Under the pieces are notes generated by a model that had not been told where the DNA came from, did not search any database, and saw only the letters and a program-made list of their open reading frames with translations. Below, one piece after another: positions 61,895 through 64,000 of a DNA stretch of 64,000 bases. This stretch comes from Mobula hypostoma (lineage: Eukaryota). How positions within the stretch are numbered: the stretch's first letter is position 1; every line of letters begins with the position of its first letter. The stretch lies in NCBI RefSeq assembly GCF_963921235.1, contig NC_086108.1, positions 1,116,001 to 1,180,000 on the forward strand, given 5' to 3'. The position numbers and the translations under genes are program-made.

Positions 61895-64000
61895 AAACAG
61901 AAACCTACAGCACAATACAGGCCCTTCAGCCCACAATGCTGTGCTGAACATGTACTGACTTCAGAAATTACCTAGGGTTACCCATAGCCCTCTACTTTCC
62001 TAAGCTCCATGTACCGATCCAAAAGTCTGTTAAAAGACCCTATCGTATCCGCCTCCACCACCATTGCCGTCAGCCCATTCTATGCATTCACCACTCTCTG
62101 AGTAAAACACTTATCCCTGACATCACCTCTGTACCTACTTCCAAGCACCTTAAAACTGTCACCTCTCGTGTCAGCCATTTCAGCCCTGGGGATAAACCTC
62201 CGACTATCGACATGATCAATGCCTCACATTATCTTATACACCTCTATCAGGCCATCTCCCATCCTCCGTCGTTCCAAGGAGAAAAGGCCAAGTTTACTCA
62301 ACCTAGTCATGCATGCTAAGGCATGCTCCCCAATCCAGGCAACATCCTTGTAAATCTCCTCTGCACCCTTTCTATGGCTTCTACATCCTTCCTGTAGTGA
62401 GGCAACCAGAACTGAGCACAGTACTCCATGTGGGGTCTGACCAGGATCCTATATAGCTGTAACATTACCTCTCGGCTCTTAAACGCAATCCAAGGTGATG
62501 AAGGCCAATGCACCATATGCCTTGTTAACCACAGAGTCAACCTGTACAGCAGCTTTCACTGTCCTATGGACTAGGACCCCAAGATCCCTCTGATCCTCCA
62601 CACTGCCAAGAGTCTTACCATTAATACTATGTTCTGCCATCATATTTGACCTACCAAAATGAACAACTTCACACTTATCTGGGTTGGACTCCATTTGCCA
62701 CTTCTCAGCCCAGTTTTGCATCCTATCAATGTCCCGCTGTAACCTCTGACAGCCCTCCACACTATCCATAACACCCCCAACCTTTGTGTCATCAGCAAAT
62801 TTACTCACCCATCCCTCCACTTCCTCATCCAGGTCATTTATAAAAATCACAAAGAGAAGGAGTCCCAGAACAGATCCCTGAGGCACACCACTGGTCACCG
62901 ACCTCCATGCAGAATATGACCTGTCTACAACCACTCTTTGCCTTTTGTGGGCAAGCCAATACTGGATCCAAAAGCAAGGTCCCCTTCTATCCCATGCCTC
63001 CTTACTTTCTCCATAAGCCTTGCATGGGGTACCTTATCAAATGCCTTGCTGAAATCCATCTACACTACATCTACTGCTCTACCCTCATCAATGTGTTTAT
63101 GCACATCCTCAAAAAATTCAATCAGGCTCGTAAGGCACGACCTGACTTTGACAAAGCCATGCTGACTATTCCTAATCATATTATACCTCTCCAAATGTTC
63201 ATAAATCCTGCCTCTCAGGATCTTCTTCATTAACTTACCAACCACTGAAGTAAGACTCACTAGTCTATAATTTCCTGGGCTATCTCTACTCCCTTTCTTG
63301 AATAAGGGAACAACATCTGCAACCCTCCAATCCTCCAGAATCTCTCCCATCCCCATTGATGATGCAAGGATAATTAACGGAGGCTCAGCAATCTTCTTCC
63401 TTTCCTCCCACAGTAGCCTGAGGTATATCTCGTCTGGTCCCAGAGACTTATCCAACTTGGTGCTTTTCAAAAGCTCCAGCACATCCTCTTTCTTAATGTC
63501 TATATGCTCAAGCTTTTCAGTCCACTGTAAATCATCTCTACAATCGCCAAGGTCCTTTTAGACAGTGAATACTGAAGCAAAGTATTCATTAAGTACCTCC
63601 ACTGCCTACTCCAGTTCCATACACACTTTTCCACTGTCACACTTGATTGGTCCTATTGTCTCATGTCTTATCCTCTTTCTCTTCACATACTTGTAGAATG
63701 CCTTGGGGTTTTCCTTAATCCTGCTCGCCAAGGCCTTCCCATGGCTCCTTCTGGCTCTCTTAATTTCATTCCTAAACTCCTTCCTGCTAGCCTTATAATT
63801 TTCTAGATCTCTATCATTACCTAGTTTTTTTGAACCTTTCGTAAGCTTTTCTTTTCTTCTTGACTAGATTTTCAACAGCCTTTGTTTCCTATACCTTACC
63901 ATCCTTTCTCTGTCTCATTGGAACGAACCTATGCAGAATGCCACATAAATATCCCCTGAACATTTGCCACATTTCTGCCGTACGTTTCCCTGAGAACATC
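61895..64000 (-). mobile_element. CR1 ORF2 copy running off the window edge
   Basis: ORFs 62316-62540, 62479-62934 and 63060-63482 with FADD, GVPQGS and RPHMEYC. Confidence 0.93.

Overview
Vertebrate genomic DNA, most likely a cartilaginous fish (shark or ray). This is inferred from the repeat landscape: CR1 LINEs with (CTATGTTT)n tails, Rex1/Babar-like LINEs, Penelope-like elements, V-SINE/Deu-SINE and Tc1 remnants. Most of the window is nested transposable-element sequence. The only host gene I can support is a minus-strand BCL11-family C2H2 zinc-finger gene (BCL11A/B-like, possibly the ZNF296 paralogue). Two coding exons are visible (42154-41334 and 17282-16467), joined by a ~24 kb phase-0 intron; the 5' exons were not found. 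The most notable unexplained signal is in two different CR1 subfamilies: both carry a U_UUA_AAC slippery heptamer immediately before the ORF1 stop, inside a very short overlap with a -1-frame ORF2, suggesting programmed -1 ribosomal frameshifting. Other candidates are minimal hammerhead ribozyme motifs in Penelope-derived repeats, an HDV-like ribozyme at the 5' end of a non-autonomous retroelement, and several clean nested insertions with target-site duplications (TSDs). Family assignments come from recalled motifs, not database searches; TE boundaries without a stated TSD are approximate.
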